A stretch of 64,000 nucleotides of DNA from Acidobacteriota bacterium (GTDB lineage Bacteria; Acidobacteriota; CAIWXX01): contig JBFMAF010000033.1 of NCBI GenBank assembly GCA_040755995.1, forward strand, positions 1 through 64,000. The letters run 5' to 3'. The position numbers and the translations under genes are program-made. Positions 45,484 through 55,506 of the stretch are shown one piece after another. The notes beneath the pieces were generated by a model. The model was not told the origin of the DNA and did not search any database. It saw nothing but the letters and a program-made list of their open reading frames with translations. Position 1 is the stretch's first letter; every line of letters starts with the position of its first letter.

Positions 45484-46704
45484 ATGGCAGGTCCAGGTCC
45501 AGTGGGCACCAAACCCGTCGTGGTCCCGCCGGCCACCCAGCAATCAGGCGCGGTCACCAAGGCAGGGACGAAGAGCACATCGCCATTCACTCTACCGGTC
45601 CTCGACGAGACGAAGCTGGGGAAAAGGATCGACGAGGCATTCAGTCGATTCGACCTGAGTGGGCTGCAACGGACCAAATCGAGCGCCTCCTCCCGGGGGT
45701 CTCAGGCCGTTTCAAACACCAAGGTGGAGGACAATGCCGGTCCCGAACGCACCGTCACGGTGAGGGACAGGAGAGGCAACGCCTTCCAGATCGAGTTCAC
45801 ACCGAACCCAAAGAGCAGCAAACGAATCATCGGCGACCACGCGCTCTCGAGGAACGCGATGATCTCGATGATACAGAAAAAGGGAAAAATGGCCGAATGG
45901 GACAAGCTCGACAAACACGACATCAACGGCGTCAAGAAGTTCATGGACCGCATGAATCTGTCGACCGAGGACAAGGTCAAGTTCGTCAACAACTACCTCA
46001 CGAGTTTCTACAATCATCCTGGCAAAGACATAGCATGGAGGGGCAACCCCCCTCTCCAGGACGCCATCAACGCAGTTCCCGTGGACAAACAGGGCAGAAA
46101 GTACCTGGACTGCGAAGGCTACACCAGACTCGCCGGACACCTCCTCGGAGAATCGAAGGTCAACCACTATGCTCTCGACGCCGAGGGGAGTGGAGGCCGC
46201 GATCACCAGGTGGCAGTCTTCCGCGAGGGTGGCAAAGCCTACGTGATCAACAATAATCAGATCACCAAGGTGGATGCTTCTAACTCAGACGCGGACGCAA
46301 TACGCGAGGCGCATCCGGGCCACAAGGACATCGTGCGCGATACATCCGGCCCGATGGCTTATGGCACCGAGATGTACAAGAAGGGCCAGAGCATCCACGG
46401 CTCAATCCCACATGCGCACGTCGACCGAATCGTCGACCCGAAGACCATGATCGGCCAGGTCAACGACCCGAGACGGGGCAGCTACCACATCAAGATCTCG
46501 GTCGATCCCGGGACGGGAAGACTGAGCAGGAAGATGGACCTCCGAGCCGGCAACGAGCTCAGGGACACGGCCGGCAATACGATCACCATCACCAAGAGAA
46601 ATCCAGATGGCACGTACCAGGCCATGAAAGAAGACAGCCGCGGGCGGTTCACACAGGTGTGCGTAACCGTTACTCCGAAGGGCGACAATTGGAGCTGGCG
46701 TTAG
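45484..46704 (+). CDS. Hypothetical protein with possible transglutaminase/papain-like catalytic triad
   Basis: AGGAGG RBS; low-complexity N-terminus; YLDCEGY...DHQVAVF...YVINN. Confidence 0.65.
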   Translation: MAGPGPVGTKPVVVPPATQQSGAVTKAGTKSTSPFTLPVLDETKLGKRIDEAFSRFDLSGLQRTKSSASSRGSQAVSNTKVEDNAGPERTVTVRDRRGNAFQIEFTPNPKSSKRIIGDHALSRNAMISMIQKKGKMAEWDKLDKHDINGVKKFMDRMNLSTEDKVKFVNNYLTSFYNHPGKDIAWRGNPPLQDAINAVPVDKQGRKYLDCEGYTRLAGHLLGESKVNHYALDAEGSGGRDHQVAVFREGGKAYVINNNQITKVDASNSDADAIREAHPGHKDIVRDTSGPMAYGTEMYKKGQSIHGSIPHAHVDRIVDPKTMIGQVNDPRRGSYHIKISVDPGTGRLSRKMDLRAGNELRDTAGNTITITKRNPDGTYQAMKEDSRGRFTQVCVTVTPKGDNWSWR

Positions 46705-46732
46705 GCCGCTCCGAAGCTGGTGGCGGGGGGAG

Positions 46733-47794
46733 TCAGGGCACCGGCTCCAGCACCATGTCCCCGCTTCCGGTGTCTACCTCGATACGGACGCGCCCGTCGC
46801 CTCGGCGGTAGCCGATCACCTCGCGGCCTTCCACGATCGGCTGCGCATCGGAGAACCCGTTCTCGATATCGCCGCTCCCCTGGTCGGCTATGGCTTCGAA
46901 GCCGACGTTCGCAGCCAGCCGGATCGTGACGTCACCGCTGCCCGTGTCCGCCTTGATCGACCTCAGCCGGTCCCCGCGCGTATCCACCTCGACATCGCCC
47001 GAACCGGTGTCGGCCGAAAACTCCTCGGCATCCGCGCTCAACAGAATTATGTCGCCCGAGCCGGTGTCGGCCTCGATCCGTTTCGCCGCGGCCGTGCGCA
47101 CCTCGACCCTCCCCGAACCGGTGTCGCAAACGAGCTTCTCTCCGTTGAATGCGTAGACCTTGCAATCGCCGCTCCCGGTGTCGCACCTCAGCATCCCGTT
47201 CACATCGGTCGCCGAGATGTCGCCGGACCCGGTATCTGCAACCACGTCACCCTTGATCTTGTTGATCGCGATTTCGCCCGTGCCAGTGTCGAAAAGATAC
47301 TTGCCCTCGATCCCCTCGGCCTCGAGCCTCCCGACATGATTCACGAAGTTGCCGTCCATCCAGCGCGCCGGAACGCGGACCTCCAGGTCCGCATAGAGCA
47401 GCACACCGGAGTGCCGGCTGACCGACACATTGTGGTAACCGTCGTAGTCCATGTTCGAGCTGCCGCTCGCCGAATAGCGATAGGTCTTGTATCGGTCGAG
47501 CGGGTACCGTACACGGATGCACGGACGCCCCTTGTCGTTGGTAACGACGTCGAGCCGGAGCAGACCTGCAAGCTCGTTGCTCTCAGCGTGCACCGTGCCC
47601 GTCACGGTGACGGCGGGGCCCTGCCCCTGAAGCACCTTCATGTCTCCCACCAGGTTCTCTACCGCAAATGGTTCCTTCAACTCGGATGAGAACGCGCGCT
47701 GAATCTGCTTGGTGACCATCTCGGCCGAAAGCATGCCGGGAATGACGAGAACCGCGAGAAGCACAACAACGGATCGACCCATGAAGCCACGCAT
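46733..47794 (-). CDS. DUF4097-like beta-strand repeat (putative adhesin) protein
   Basis: Signal peptide; many DTGSGD repeats. Confidence 0.85.
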   Translation of the reverse strand: MRGFMGRSVVVLLAVLVIPGMLSAEMVTKQIQRAFSSELKEPFAVENLVGDMKVLQGQGPAVTVTGTVHAESNELAGLLRLDVVTNDKGRPCIRVRYPLDRYKTYRYSASGSSNMDYDGYHNVSVSRHSGVLLYADLEVRVPARWMDGNFVNHVGRLEAEGIEGKYLFDTGTGEIAINKIKGDVVADTGSGDISATDVNGMLRCDTGSGDCKVYAFNGEKLVCDTGSGRVEVRTAAAKRIEADTGSGDIILLSADAEEFSADTGSGDVEVDTRGDRLRSIKADTGSGDVTIRLAANVGFEAIADQGSGDIENGFSDAQPIVEGREVIGYRRGDGRVRIEVDTGSGDMVLEPVP

Positions 47795-47921
47795 ACCACA
47801 CCTCCTCAATATCGCACCACTCCTCCAGACGAAACCGAGTCGCGAAAAGTTCCCGCTCAGCGCTTCTCCGCCCGTTTGACTTGGAAACGGCGGACCGGAA
47901 TGCATACAATCTGCGGGAAGA

Positions 47922-48701
47922 ATGGGACGATCAGCTGACCTTGATTTCGAACGCTGCGCGCGAGCGCTATTCGCTAGGATTCCCGAATACGCATCCAACT
48001 CGGTAGAGGTGGCCAGGATCGCCAAGTCTCTGCTGAGCATCGCTGAGGCGCCCGGCCTGCGGGCCGCCCTTCCCGATGCACCGCGCCACGCCTCCGCGAT
48101 CCACGGTGCAGTCGCGGCGGCCGACCCGGAACGTCTCGAAGCGGCCATGCTCGGGCTTTATGCGAAATTACACGAGCTGGGCGCGGCCTACTCGGCAGAT
48201 GAGCGATCGCGGCTGTACGTGAAGCGCGGGTACATGTGCCACGCCGGAGGGCTTTCGCCCATTCTGCGGGCGGGTCCTTTCATACGAAGCGACACGATCT
48301 CGATCGACCTCGGCGCCGGCAACGGTCTCCAGGGACTGCTCCTCCAGCTCATCCATCCTCATCGCAGAACGATCCAGGTGGAGCTCAGCGCATCGCTGAT
48401 CGAGGCCGGCCGGCGACTCCAGGCGCTGATGTTAATCGAGCCGGCGCGCATCGAGTGGCGGCGGCAGGACATCGCCGAAGCGAATGTCCACGAGGCGAGT
48501 TTCATTTACCTGTACAGGCCGGCCAGGCCAGTCGACGGAGGCAGGAAGGTGTACGAGGCAATCGCCGGGCGGCTGAACACACATGCCGCCGGTGTAGTGG
48601 TATTCAGCGTGGCCGACTGCCTCCGGGCTCTCTTGAGCCGGGACTTCAAGATCGTCTTCGCGGACGGGCATCTGACCTGCTTCCGGAAGGACGGCACATA
48701 G
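47922..48701 (+). CDS. Class I SAM-dependent methyltransferase-like protein
   Basis: IDLGAGNG, VEL, QDI, FIYLYRP. Confidence 0.7.
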   Translation: MGRSADLDFERCARALFARIPEYASNSVEVARIAKSLLSIAEAPGLRAALPDAPRHASAIHGAVAAADPERLEAAMLGLYAKLHELGAAYSADERSRLYVKRGYMCHAGGLSPILRAGPFIRSDTISIDLGAGNGLQGLLLQLIHPHRRTIQVELSASLIEAGRRLQALMLIEPARIEWRRQDIAEANVHEASFIYLYRPARPVDGGRKVYEAIAGRLNTHAAGVVVFSVADCLRALLSRDFKIVFADGHLTCFRKDGT

Positions 48702-48702
48702 C

Positions 48703-49722
48703 ATGTGGATTGAGGCGCAGGTCGCACGATTGAAGGAGGCGTTCTCGCGGCTTCGTGATCCGCTGGTCGTGGCGCTGCATTGCGCGGAGGCCGCGTCTCC
48801 ACTCTGGGATCGGCTCTCAGAGGTTGCTCGATCGCTTGAAGGGCTTGGGCAGGGGATGGTACGCGTCGAGGAAGTTGAAGCACCGGAGCTCCCAGCGCTG
48901 CCCGCCCTGAGCCTGGCCTGCGGCAAGGGCCGCGGGATTAGTTACGCAGCGGTTCCCGAGGGGCCCGAGGCGGCGCCGTTCATTCGCGCGATCGCGCGCC
49001 TCACCGGGGTCGAACCGAGCCCGACCGGAGCGTGGACGGCTCAGGTCTCGAACCACGCGCGGCCGGCTGAGATCATCGTCTTCATCGCGCCGGCATGCCC
49101 GTTTTGCCCGCGCACGGTCCAGGGGGCGCTGGACGTGGCGCTGACCAGCGCACAAGTGCGGCTTTCGATCGTGGACGTCGAGCGGTTTCCGAAGCTTGCG
49201 GCTCAGTACTCGGTCCAATCCGTTCCGATGACTCTCGTGGACCGTCAACTGGCGCGCGTGGGGATCCTATCGTCTTCGGAGCTGGCCGAGCTCCTGGTCG
49301 CCACGACGGAGCGGGATTACGTCGAGCGCGTGTTTCTATCTCGAATCGAGACGGGGCAGCTCGACGACGCGGCAGCGGATCTCCGGGCCGGGCGTGGTCT
49401 GGATCACTTCGCGTCGCTGTGGCTCAAGAGCACGACCTCGACGCGCATATCTCTGATGATGCTGGCCGAGATGGTGCTGGAAGGACGCCGTATGGCGCTC
49501 GATGCGCTTGTTCCTCGACTGCTTCCAGTGCTCTCGTCGGCCGACGTGCCATTGAGAGGGGATACAGCCGATCTTCTGCGACAGATCGCGCACCCAGCGG
49601 CCGCCGATGCTCTCACGGCCCTGCTTCAAGACCCGAATCCGGACGTCGCCGAAGTCGCCGCGGATGCGCTTGCGGCAATCGAGGCGCGGCGGGCACGCGA
49701 GACAGGATCGGAGGAAGCCTGA
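48703..49722 (+). CDS. AhpF-NTD/glutaredoxin-like thioredoxin-fold protein with C-terminal HEAT repeats
   Basis: Y..VP.G.E..PF, CPFCP, V.SVP; RGDTAD.L..I, D.NPDVAEVA. Confidence 0.75.
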   Translation: MWIEAQVARLKEAFSRLRDPLVVALHCAEAASPLWDRLSEVARSLEGLGQGMVRVEEVEAPELPALPALSLACGKGRGISYAAVPEGPEAAPFIRAIARLTGVEPSPTGAWTAQVSNHARPAEIIVFIAPACPFCPRTVQGALDVALTSAQVRLSIVDVERFPKLAAQYSVQSVPMTLVDRQLARVGILSSSELAELLVATTERDYVERVFLSRIETGQLDDAAADLRAGRGLDHFASLWLKSTTSTRISLMMLAEMVLEGRRMALDALVPRLLPVLSSADVPLRGDTADLLRQIAHPAAADALTALLQDPNPDVAEVAADALAAIEARRARETGSEEA

Positions 49723-49771
49723 TTCTGAGCCGGAGGGAGTCTGCCCCGCTGGATCGCGTGGAGCGCAGGAA

Positions 49772-50725
49772 TCAGCGGGAGATCTTCTTGCAGAACTCCC
49801 AGATCACCTCATTTGCGTCGATATCCCTCGACGTCTTCCCGATGATGCGTTCCCACAAGTACTGCCGGCCGCCCGGCCATGTGTGCCCGCCGCCGTCGAT
49901 AATGTACGCGGCGACCCGGCTGCCGTTCCTGCCCGCGCCGTAGTCTTCCAGCCTTACGGTGGTTCCGTCGCCGGGGTCTACGTCGGGGAGATTGGTGATA
50001 GCGGGCTTCGTGGAGCAGCCGTTGTTGCCGAGCCAGTATCGAATGGAGTCGTAGACGGAGATCACCTTACCTCTTTTCAACCAGCCCACCTGCACGTCAC
50101 CTCCGTCGAATGGAACCAGCGGATCGTCGACACCGCTGATGACGAGCAGCGAGACGGGAGCCGTGGCGGAGCAGCTCCGGGGCATGTCGACTGACATTGA
50201 GGAGGCGACCGGAGCGATGGCAGCGATCTTGGGCGAGAGACTGCATGCCAGGCGGTACGACATCATCCCGCCGTTGGAGATGCCGGTCAGGTAGACGCGG
50301 CGCGGATCGACGCGGTGTTCCGCGATCATCCGGTCGATGAGCGCCGAGATGAAACCCACGTCGTCTATCTTTTTCAGATGCGCCCTGTCCCATGCGCCCT
50401 TCCTGCCGTCGTTCCAGTGTTTGTCATATCCTTGCGGATAGACCACGATGAACCCGTCACGGTCGGCCAGGCGATTCAGCCCGCCCTTCGTCAGTGTCAC
50501 CATACCCTGTGCCGTTCCCCCTCCGCCGTGGAGCACCAGCATGAGCGGCGGTGAGACATCCTGGGGAAGGTTTGCGGGAACATGAGCCAACCACGTTCGT
50601 TCATAGCCGTCCCAGTTCATCCTGCCCACGTAGTCCCCGGCGGCCGTAGCTCCCGTACATCCCCACGCAATCAGCGCGACCAGGACCTGAATAGCCAGCC
50701 CGGCGTTCTTCGATCGCCCCCTCAT
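49772..50725 (-). CDS. LpqC/PHB-depolymerase family esterase
   Basis: LHGGGG, VVYPQG, DDVGFI, GISNGG, DPLVP, GGHTWPG. Confidence 0.9.
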   Translation of the reverse strand: MRGRSKNAGLAIQVLVALIAWGCTGATAAGDYVGRMNWDGYERTWLAHVPANLPQDVSPPLMLVLHGGGGTAQGMVTLTKGGLNRLADRDGFIVVYPQGYDKHWNDGRKGAWDRAHLKKIDDVGFISALIDRMIAEHRVDPRRVYLTGISNGGMMSYRLACSLSPKIAAIAPVASSMSVDMPRSCSATAPVSLLVISGVDDPLVPFDGGDVQVGWLKRGKVISVYDSIRYWLGNNGCSTKPAITNLPDVDPGDGTTVRLEDYGAGRNGSRVAAYIIDGGGHTWPGGRQYLWERIIGKTSRDIDANEVIWEFCKKISR

Positions 50726-50860
50726 AGCCCGCCTCCTTTCTACTCTCTTTGTTCTCGCGACGATGAAAAAGGTTTAGCGGTTGATTGGCGGGGAAGCTGA
50801 TGGAGGCCAGCGGGCACGCGTCTGTGGGCTCCGCGCCTCGTCTCGGATGTCGCCGGCGGA

Positions 50861-52408
50861 TCACTTGACGAGGAATTGCACGGCATTGCTCACGATGCCC
50901 GCCACGGTGACGGTGACCATCGTGTTCCCCTTCCGGCACTTCCTTGGGATCGTCACCGTGAGCTTCGTGGTTCTGGCCCTCGTGACTGCGGCCGTGTACC
51001 TGCCGAACTTCACAACGTTGCCGCTGCTCACTGCGGAGAACCCGCTGCCGTTGATCGTGGCCTGCGAGCCCGGCTTCGAGGTCTTCGAACGAACGGATGT
51101 GATCGTGGGGCCTGTCGATGGCCCGGGCTGCAGTTCCCATACGTGCACCAGAGGCCGGTCGTTGTCGACCAAGGGCTCGATCACGTAGAGCAGACCGCGG
51201 TCGCGGTCGAATGCCGTTGCGCCGAGGTGGTACTTCTGTTGTGTCGATGCGATGTGGTAGAGGTACGGGTCGATGTTGAGCGTGGCGTAGGGCTGGGGCT
51301 GCCAGGTCTCCATACGTCCCTGGACCACGGAAGCGAGGTCGGCCGGATCGTAGAAGAGTAACTGGGCGACGAAGCCCGTCGACCACCAGCCCCGCTGGCA
51401 ATCGGGAGGCCACGGAGGCTCGGATGTGCCGTCGGCGCATCCGTACCAGCAGCTGCCGGTACCCTTGGTTCCGGCGAAAAGCACGGCGGACTTTCCGCCG
51501 GCTGTCAGCCAGGCTCCACCGGTCCACTCGTCGGAGTGATGGTAGCTGTTCATAGACGGCGGGTTTGACTGGTAAGCGTTGCCGTACAGGAGTAGAGGCT
51601 GCGCTGGAAGAGTGGTGTTGGGAGGAGGCGGATTGCCCTGATTCCATGGCCCGATAGCGAACAGAGCCGGTCCCTGCGCTCCTTGACCCCCGTCGCGAAA
51701 GCGGCCTGTAGCGAGCGACCGGCCGGGCGTGTAGGCCGCAGCCCATTCGTGCGGGATTGCGAATAGATAGTCACCCGTGACGTAGTTCCAGTAGTTGCCG
51801 ACACGCCATGCCCCGGCGGACTGTGGGCTTGAAAGATTCAGGTTGCACCATCCGTGCGACGGACTTGTGGCTCCCTCGTCCAGATGCGGCGCCCAGGCGA
51901 AATAGAGTTTGCCTGCAGTCTGCGAACCCTGGGCCGGCAGATACTCCAGCCCCACGCGAGGCATTTCCATATCGCCGAAGAGCCCCCCGCGAATGTCGGC
52001 AAAGGCCTGCAGCGTCCCGGCCGTCGGAAGCTGATTGAGGTCCTTGGCCGGCGACACGACTGGAACCGGAATGCTGATTTCCGATACGCGCTGGTACCAG
52101 TCATGACCCGTGCCGAAGAGCGATCCCGGGTAGCCATCGGACGGTCCGGACGGATCGCCGCCGGGGTAGTAGGTCAACGCCGATGACCAGTTGCTCCACT
52201 CCCATCCCTCGCCCGCCGGATCTTGAGGCAGGCGGAACGCGCCCTGGTATACAAGCTCGGTCGGGTAGATGAGGTTGCCGGCTGCTGACCGCGTGTCTGC
52301 CGCCGGCGCGAGTGCCGAGCCGGCCAGCAGCGCCAGAACTACAGTGCCGGGCAGAAGTGCCCCCCTGCGGACGCTTTTCGTGAGACCTGCAAGTCTGGTC
52401 ACCAGCAT
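50861..52408 (-). CDS. Secreted protein with C-terminal IPT/TIG domain
   Basis: GGAGG RBS; signal peptide; PTITSV...PG..ATINGSGF...V.FG...LTVTIP...VTVTV. Confidence 0.8.
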   Translation of the reverse strand: MLVTRLAGLTKSVRRGALLPGTVVLALLAGSALAPAADTRSAAGNLIYPTELVYQGAFRLPQDPAGEGWEWSNWSSALTYYPGGDPSGPSDGYPGSLFGTGHDWYQRVSEISIPVPVVSPAKDLNQLPTAGTLQAFADIRGGLFGDMEMPRVGLEYLPAQGSQTAGKLYFAWAPHLDEGATSPSHGWCNLNLSSPQSAGAWRVGNYWNYVTGDYLFAIPHEWAAAYTPGRSLATGRFRDGGQGAQGPALFAIGPWNQGNPPPPNTTLPAQPLLLYGNAYQSNPPSMNSYHHSDEWTGGAWLTAGGKSAVLFAGTKGTGSCWYGCADGTSEPPWPPDCQRGWWSTGFVAQLLFYDPADLASVVQGRMETWQPQPYATLNIDPYLYHIASTQQKYHLGATAFDRDRGLLYVIEPLVDNDRPLVHVWELQPGPSTGPTITSVRSKTSKPGSQATINGSGFSAVSSGNVVKFGRYTAAVTRARTTKLTVTIPRKCRKGNTMVTVTVAGIVSNAVQFLVK

Positions 52409-52938
52409 GGCACCCTCCGTTCGTCTCCAGCGCCGGGATTATCTCCGCCTAATATGTATTATCGAAATGACAGATGCAAGCGTGACCCCCCGAACGCCGT
52501 CGTTTCTGGGAGGTTCGGGTGAGCGAGCGGGATGGGAATGGCCGCGAACCTGTATGGGCCGCGAATTGATATCCGACCCAGCCCGTGCTACCTTCTTGTC
52601 AGAGCACAGGAGGCGATGGATGTCCTTCGGTCGATGGACGCAGATGAGCACTGAGTCGAACAGGTCACGGCGCAGTCCGGCAGCTCATCACGAGCTGCGC
52701 GTGGCCTTGGAGGAATATCAGCGCCGGAGACTTGTCAGGCCACGCTAGCCCAGTCTATCCCGCCTGTGCCGCGAAAGGACCCGGGGCCGCTTGGCCGACG
52801 GTCGCCATCCATCGCCCACCATTCGCAGGCCTTCTGTTGGAAGGCGAGCGGGTGGGGTCGTGGGGTCGCCCGTTGTTTGATTCATGACCACCAACTTCTA
52901 TATTCTGAGTAGTTGGGCTCAAAGCAATGTGAGGTGCC

Positions 52939-54063
52939 GTGGGAAAGGAATTTCTGGAAGGCAACGAGGCCATCGCGCGGGCTGCTATCAAGGCCGGCTG
53001 CGACTTCTTCGCGGGATATCCGATTACGCCGTCTTCTTCGATCCTGCATTACATGCTCGAGTTGCTGCCGCAGGGCGGCGGCATTGGCATTCAGGCGGAG
53101 GATGAGATTGCGTCGATGGGATTCTGCATTGCGGCGGCGATGGCCGGCCGAAAGGTCCTCACCGCCACCAGCGGTCCGGGGATCAGCCTCTACAGCGAGA
53201 ACATCGGTCTCGCGATCATGGGCGAGACCCCGCTCGTCATCGTGAATGTACAGCGCCAGGGGCCGGCCACGGGCTCGGCGACCAAGGGCGCGGAAGGCGA
53301 CATTCAGTTCACCCGCTGGGTGACCTCGGGTGGCCTGCCGACGATTGCGCTCAGTCCGGCCTCAGTTGCCGAGGCCTATGAGCTCACATACGCCGCTTTC
53401 AATCTTGCGGAGCAGTACCGGACCCCGGTCTTCGTGCTGACTAACAAGGAGGTCGGCACTACCAGGGAGTCGGTCGACCTGAGCGCGATCGAGCTTCCGC
53501 CCATTGTAGATCGCAAGCGGACGGGGAGGGTCGATGAGTACCGGCCCCACCGCTTCGAAAGGCCGGTCGACATTCCGCCGATTTCAGATTTCGGCGGGGA
53601 GAACATCGCCCGATTCACCACGTCCACTCACGACCAGGACGCATACCTCACTGCGGACCCCACGGTGATTCAGGAGATGATCGATCACTACAAGGAGAAG
53701 ATCGACGGAGCGGCTGATGAGATCGCCCTGTACAAGGCGGATTTCCAGGAAGGCGCCGAGACCCTCGTTGTGAGCTACGGGATCACCTCGCGCTCTGCGA
53801 AGGTGGCGGTGAGGCAGGCCCGGATGAGCGGGAAGAAGGTCTCCTCGCTCGTCCTCCAGACGCTCTTTCCAGTTCCTGAAAAAGCGATCGTGGCGGCGCT
53901 CGTTGGGGTCAAGAGGGTGATCGTTCCTGAGATGAACATGGGGCAATATGTCCTCGAAATCGAGAGGCTCGCGTGCGACAGCGCGGAGATCCTGGGAGTG
54001 AACAAGATGGACACGACTCTCATCTCGCCTGAGATGATCCTGAAGAAGGGGGGCCTTGCGTGA
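52939..54063 (+). CDS. korA: 2-oxoacid:ferredoxin oxidoreductase alpha subunit
   Basis: GNEAIA, FFAGYPITPS, EDEIA, TATSGPG, VPEMNMGQ. Confidence 0.9.
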   Translation: MGKEFLEGNEAIARAAIKAGCDFFAGYPITPSSSILHYMLELLPQGGGIGIQAEDEIASMGFCIAAAMAGRKVLTATSGPGISLYSENIGLAIMGETPLVIVNVQRQGPATGSATKGAEGDIQFTRWVTSGGLPTIALSPASVAEAYELTYAAFNLAEQYRTPVFVLTNKEVGTTRESVDLSAIELPPIVDRKRTGRVDEYRPHRFERPVDIPPISDFGGENIARFTTSTHDQDAYLTADPTVIQEMIDHYKEKIDGAADEIALYKADFQEGAETLVVSYGITSRSAKVAVRQARMSGKKVSSLVLQTLFPVPEKAIVAALVGVKRVIVPEMNMGQYVLEIERLACDSAEILGVNKMDTTLISPEMILKKGGLA

Positions 54064-55388
54064 GCTCGCAGCCGCGTACCTCCTACATGACCGACAAGAT
54101 CGGTCCCCTTCCATTCTGCCCGGGGTGCGGCCACAACGTCGTGACCAAGGCGCTGGACCGCGCTCTGGTGACGCTGCAGAAGGACCCCAAAGACGTAGTC
54201 ATAGTAACGGACATCGGATGCATCGGGCTGTCGGACCGGTACTTCATGACCAATGCATTCCACGGGCTTCACGGTCGATCTGTGACCTATGGGTGCGGTC
54301 TGAAGCTGGCCCGGCCCGATCTGACAGTCATCGTGATCCAGGGCGACGGCGGGTGTGGTATCGGAGGAGCCCATCTTCTCAATGTAGCTCGGCGCAACAT
54401 CGGCATCACTCTCATCGTCGCAAACAACTTCAACTACGGCATGACCGGCGGCCAGCATTCCGTGACGACCCCGACCGGCGGAATCACCTCGACAACGCCC
54501 TTCGGGAATAACGAAGGGCCGCTGGATCTCTGCGGGATCGTCGCTGCTGCGGGCGCTTCATGGGTCTGCCGGGCCACCGTGTTCGACAAGGACCTCGATT
54601 CAGTCATGGCGCGGGCAATCGAGCAGCCTGGGTTCGCCATGGTCGATATATGGGAGCTCTGTTCGGCCTACTACTCGCCGAGAAACCAGGTCAAGAAGAA
54701 GGAGCTTCTCTCTCTCCTCGACACCTGCGGTTTCAAGCTCGGGCTTGTCGTCGACAAGCCAAGACCGGAGTACAGCGAGCAGTACAGAGAGATGTACGAG
54801 AGAGCCAGGAAAGCGCCGAACGAGGGAGCGGTCATCGAGACTGCATATGAGCATTCGTTGAAGAAGCAGACCGGCATCATCGTCGCGGGCGGCGCAGGCC
54901 AGAAGATCAAGTCGACCGCGACTCTGTTCGGCCAGGCCGCGATGCTCTGCGGACTGGAGGCCACGCAGAAGGATGACTACCCAATCACCGTCATGACCGG
55001 CCACTCAATTGCCGAGGTCATCTTGTCGCCGGAGCAGATCGACTATACGGCAATCGAAACGCCCGACTACGTGGTTGTTCTCTCGGAGGAAGGGCTTCGT
55101 ACGATGAAGGCGCGGATAGAGAAGCTTTCAGAAGACTCCTGCATCCTTGCCGACGCGGGCCTGCAACTGCCGCCGACCAAGGCAAAGGTAGTGAGCCTTC
55201 CGTTCGAGGAGACCGGCAAGAAGGTGGACCGGTTGGCGACTGCGACGGTGGCGATGGCGAGCCTGCTCAAGCACAGCGGCATGTTCCCGCCGGAGGCTCT
55301 GCAATCAGCTATCGCGATGTTCCAGAAGCAGAGCATTGCGGAGAAGAACAGCCGGGCGGCGAGTCTGGGGTTCGAGCTGGCAGTCTGA
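54060..55388 (+). CDS. korB: 2-oxoacid:ferredoxin oxidoreductase beta subunit fused to a gamma-like domain
   Basis: FCPGCGH, DIGC, HGR, GDG, NN.NYGMTGGQ.S.T; C-terminal IIVAGGAGQ...G.S.AEV gamma-like region. Confidence 0.85.
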   Translation: MSSQPRTSYMTDKIGPLPFCPGCGHNVVTKALDRALVTLQKDPKDVVIVTDIGCIGLSDRYFMTNAFHGLHGRSVTYGCGLKLARPDLTVIVIQGDGGCGIGGAHLLNVARRNIGITLIVANNFNYGMTGGQHSVTTPTGGITSTTPFGNNEGPLDLCGIVAAAGASWVCRATVFDKDLDSVMARAIEQPGFAMVDIWELCSAYYSPRNQVKKKELLSLLDTCGFKLGLVVDKPRPEYSEQYREMYERARKAPNEGAVIETAYEHSLKKQTGIIVAGGAGQKIKSTATLFGQAAMLCGLEATQKDDYPITVMTGHSIAEVILSPEQIDYTAIETPDYVVVLSEEGLRTMKARIEKLSEDSCILADAGLQLPPTKAKVVSLPFEETGKKVDRLATATVAMASLLKHSGMFPPEALQSAIAMFQKQSIAEKNSRAASLGFELAV

Positions 55389-55395
55389 TCGATAG

Positions 55396-55419
55396 ACAGC
55401 GCGACATAAGTCGCGCTGT
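55396..55419 (+). terminator. Hairpin after korB (possible terminator, no U-tract)
   Basis: ACAGCGCGAC-ATAA-GTCGCGCTGT perfect 10-bp stem. Confidence 0.55.
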
Positions 55420-55506
55420 ATAGACACTGGGCCGAAGAAACGAGTTCCGCCTGCCGGGGAAGAATGTGGTACTCTCATGCCCGAAGTCATCGTACAGGAG
55501 GTACTC

